Shown here: positions 60,880 to 64,000 of the stretch, piece by piece
How positions within the stretch are numbered: position 1 is the first letter of the stretch
How the letters are laid out: each line of letters opens with the position of its first letter
Origin: Dicyema japonicum
Lineage: Eukaryota > Animalia > Dicyemida
Direction: 5' to 3'
Length of the DNA stretch: 64,000 bases
Assembly: GCA_011109175.1 (NCBI GenBank)
Contig: RDEW01000011.1
Location: forward strand, 304,193 to 368,192
Position numbers and translations under genes: made by a program
Notes under the pieces: model-generated
What the model saw: the letters and a program-made list of their open reading frames with translations, nothing else
Told to the model about the DNA's origin: nothing
The model's database searches: none

Positions 60880-61255
60880 TATGTCTTTTCGTACTCCCAG
60901 TCTGTCTAATCTTCCCCGTGGATGACCTCAATGAACAGCGGAGACGTGCAAGAGGAAGGTTACATGGAAAAACTGGTAGAACGGATAGTGAAGAGCACGG
61001 CACAAGTCGACCCTAATTTTCATCCAAAAAGAAGAATTCTCATCAGAGGAGCAAGGATGCCAGATCATTCCCTGCATGAGCTACTCATCTCATATCTCCA
61101 GACGAACAGGATATATGAGCCAAAGCCCTACCCTTTTAGAAGGACAATTCTGAACGCCCGTCCCCGGCGGACCCAGGTCCCAAGTTGTGGTCTGGGATCA
61201 CTTAGTGAACTTTCTATATTCTTTTAACCCGGTGATCCTGAGACAATAATAATCT
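60880..61255 (+). mobile_element. LINE RT relic with LINE-type tail
   Basis: KLVERIVK..FSSEEQGC; tail gggatcactta..ccggtgatcctgagacaataataat, related to 62600-62670. Confidence 0.45.
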
Positions 61256-61577
61256 TCGGCATCGACCCTGAATTGACAAATCAGCCCCCTCCTTCGCTTT
61301 CGCGCCAGCCTAAAAGTTATAGATAAAGAATGGCTCTATACAACCCATCAAAAAACTAGTAAATCATAACAAGACATTCTCATATTTGTTGCAACGATTA
61401 ACCACACATAAACTGTGGGTTTTGTATTCATTATAACCGATTTAGTCTAGTGGACAACAAGACTGAGAATTGTAGAGGTATAACCATTCAAATTAGTCAA
61501 TAATTACAGTAATGTAACAAAACAGATAATATTAAATCAACAGCAAAAAATAACGAAAAATAGAATTAAAAGTCTAA

Positions 61578-62099
61578 TTAATCCTTGACAACTCGAGAAG
61601 ATTTAACTTCTGATTCCCCCATAGCACTCCATACCATTACCTACAGATTAAGCCAACAAACCAACATTAACGTTACTCCCATTATTAAATTCATTCCTAA
61701 TAGCGTTAGCCAACGTTGCATCAGCTGGCATGGTAAGTCCATCGATTTGATTACAGTTCGAATCCATGCAGGTTAAATAACTCTTCTGGTCTTCGTCGAT
61801 TATGTCGATCAAAGCATACTCAACACGATTTATGTTGGGAACTTCGATTGTATGGGAGGTTGGAGCAGAGGTCTCTGATTTCTTTCCAGTAAAAATGTCA
61901 ACTCCAGTAATCATCCCCTAGAATAATATAAAAATGGGGGTACTCTGGCGTGTCCGTGCTTACCAGTTTTGGCAGTAGAAAATTCGGTTATTTTGCATGG
62001 ACGATCATTGATAACACAAAATCCTCCAACTCTAAGCTGACCGATTTCGACAGAAGTAGTCCCCGCAGTTTCAATTGTATCGAACTCGTAATCAGACAT
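61578..62099 (-). CDS. EIF5A: Translation factor eIF5A, 2 introns (26, 25 nt)
   Basis: GGFCVINDRPCKITEFSTAKTGKHGHAR|GMITGVDIFTGKK..EVPNINR, ..SAMGESEV; hypusine Lys retained. Confidence 0.95.
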
Positions 62100-63326
62100 G
62101 ACCACACCACACACGTGTTTTAATAATTATATTTAAATGATAAACCGAAGTTTAAAGTATTTAATAAATAATATTATAATTAAAGCTTTTCATTAATAGT
62201 ATGATTAAATAAATAAATTTGCTAATATTTTTCACAATCTTATTTTGACAGTATTTTTCGCTTAGAGGTTTGCACTCTAAAGGACATAAAGGATATATAA
62301 GTGCAGGTTTGCACTCTCTAGATTGTTGTTGGACGAAACCACCTCCTTACACTAGAAGACTTACGTTTTTTACGGGGTTCAACAGAATCGACACTATCCT
62401 GTCGGAGTTATCGATAAAAAGGAATGGCAACTAATTTCTCCAATTCTGTTGAGAGAGGTAATTCACTTTTATCACGTGGTCTTACCTTAGACATCTATTC
62501 CCCGCCGACTTTCAGTGTAGACATAAGTGCAGTCACTTTCAGGAAACGGAGAGGCCCCAATAAGCACAGGATGAAACTTGCAAGGCCGATGAAGGGAACC
62601 GGGATCACTTAATTAGTTTGGTTACTATACCTTCTTTCTCGGTGATTCCTGGGGTTATGCAAATAAATATTTTTGGAAATTTAAAAATTTGACTCAAATA
62701 TGCCACTCTTCAGTTGGTTCGCGGTTTACAACTTTAGGAGAGACCGAATCTTTATCCTTATCTCGATAAGGGGGAGGTTCTTTCAGAAGAAACCCTAAAG
62801 ACAACGAGTCATCCTACTTTAACAAAATAAAGAAAGAGGACATAAAATTGCATATTAGAGGAAGGGACATCAATCCTTCCTCGAAGACTTATGATTGAAT
62901 AATGGCCAAACTAATTAAAGATAGAAACCAACTCAAAACATTTAAGCCAAACTCAAGATATCAGGAAAACAATCGATCTTTGGAAAAGGATAGCGGAACT
63001 TTATAAAAACGCTTCTAAGACTTAATAAGGAGTCATTGGGTTTCATATATTCCTAATATATCGAATCAACCACCATCTACGGTGGTGTCCATTGGGAACA
63101 AATTGGGTAAAAACAAAACGAAGGTCGAGGAATCCAATCCAAAGCTACCAAAACTCTATAAAAGTTTTACTGATCTGCGGCTGGTCCTTGCTGCAAAACG
63201 GCCATTAGTTTTTTACTTCTTAAATAAAGTATGAGTTCTGCCTAAGCTGAGTTGAGTATGGAATCATTATTACTTCTCGGCGAAAGGCTGAAATAATAAA
63301 ATAAATCTTGTATTTCTCTTTTTCTC

Positions 63327-64000
63327 ATGAAAAACGCTTTATCAACGCAGAAATTAAATTACGTCCTTCGAGGAGCTTCATGTTACCTGAAAATGCAACA
63401 ACTCGGGGCGATTGACTCCCTATTCCGGTCTACGACCGAACGTATTACTAATGTCGAATTCGACGAACAAGGATGGGAACAAGCAACCTTGCCCGTTCGC
63501 TTTGGTGGACTCGGAATTCTCTCACCATCTGATTTAGCACACCCGGCATATCAATCCTCATTGGACTCCAATCAGAATTTGATCATGATGATTCTCCAGC
63601 TCCCATCAGAGTCGTCAAAGATCGAAGATTTGGTACACCCTAAAGTCAAACAACCCGGGCAGAGAGACCTTTATGAGTCTGTTGCGAGGATAAATACGAG
63701 AGGCTTTTGAAAATATCTAACCAACACCGACGAGCCTGTCTTTTAACTGCAAGATGCGAGTGGAGCGGGGCTTGGATCAATGCCCTACCCATTGGAAACG
63801 TGGGAACTCACCTAGACGATGAAACGGTCCGCACCGGAGTCTCCATCAGACTTGGATTGAAAGTTTGTCAACCCCATGAGTGCCGATGCGGCCGGAAGGT
63901 CGACTGCTATGGACATCATGCCCTTTCTTGTCGAAAAAGCGCAGGTCGATTCGCTAGACACAAGGCTATAAATGAAGTGGTGAAGCGCGCCCTCGAGTTG
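63327..64000 (+). mobile_element. CRE-type retroelement (RT thumb + zinc knuckle), runs off the window
   Basis: WEQATLPVRFGGLGI, GAWINALP, CRCGRKVDCYGHHALSC..RHKAINEVVKRAL. Confidence 0.92.

Noticed and set aside
568-63710. Most 60-130 aa ORFs in the track as independent genes
   Set aside because: They are antisense or alternative-frame shadows of exons and LINE fragments, or low-complexity AT-rich runs.
1-64000. CRISPR array, rRNA or intact tRNA genes
   Set aside because: No repeat-spacer periodicity; the tandem repeats are contiguous units. The gttcgaatccc-like words (e.g. 19540) lack a foldable tRNA 5' half.
1-64000. Ciliate-type or other stop-codon reassignment
   Set aside because: CK1 and the spliced genes read without internal stops and end on TAA/TGA; in-frame TAGs coincide with intron acceptors.

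Overview
AT-rich eukaryotic genomic DNA in the standard genetic code. No CRISPR array, rRNA or intact tRNA was seen. Thirteen protein genes can be reconstructed by hand: HP1-like, PHF5A, casein kinase 1, sorbitol dehydrogenase, METTL16, a minimal WW-BAG protein, a 240-aa orphan, a PTB adaptor, CCDC93, a Rap-like GTPase, a C2H2 zinc-finger protein, IFT81 and eIF5A. Eleven of them are split by about 55 introns, about 50 of which are only 20-30 nt. These compact genes sit among decayed mobile elements: RTE-like and L2/CR1-like LINEs (one with a 2A StopGo motif), about 9 CRE-type REL retroelement pieces, an R4-like element, hAT/Buster and Tc1-like relics, an integrase-bearing TIR element, and three short interspersed repeat families. 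Tiny introns, animal-type signalling genes and a cilia gene together suggest a highly derived ciliated animal parasite such as a dicyemid (inference). About 11 single-base frameshifts in conserved genes look like long-read homopolymer errors. The most notable features are the ultra-short intron system, three repeat pairs in inverted orientation bracketing 3.9-5.5 kb blocks, SINE-like families with TSDs and LINE-type tails, an HP1 with an eroded aromatic cage, and a cleanly spliced orphan gene. All gene models are manual and boundaries of decayed elements are approximate.
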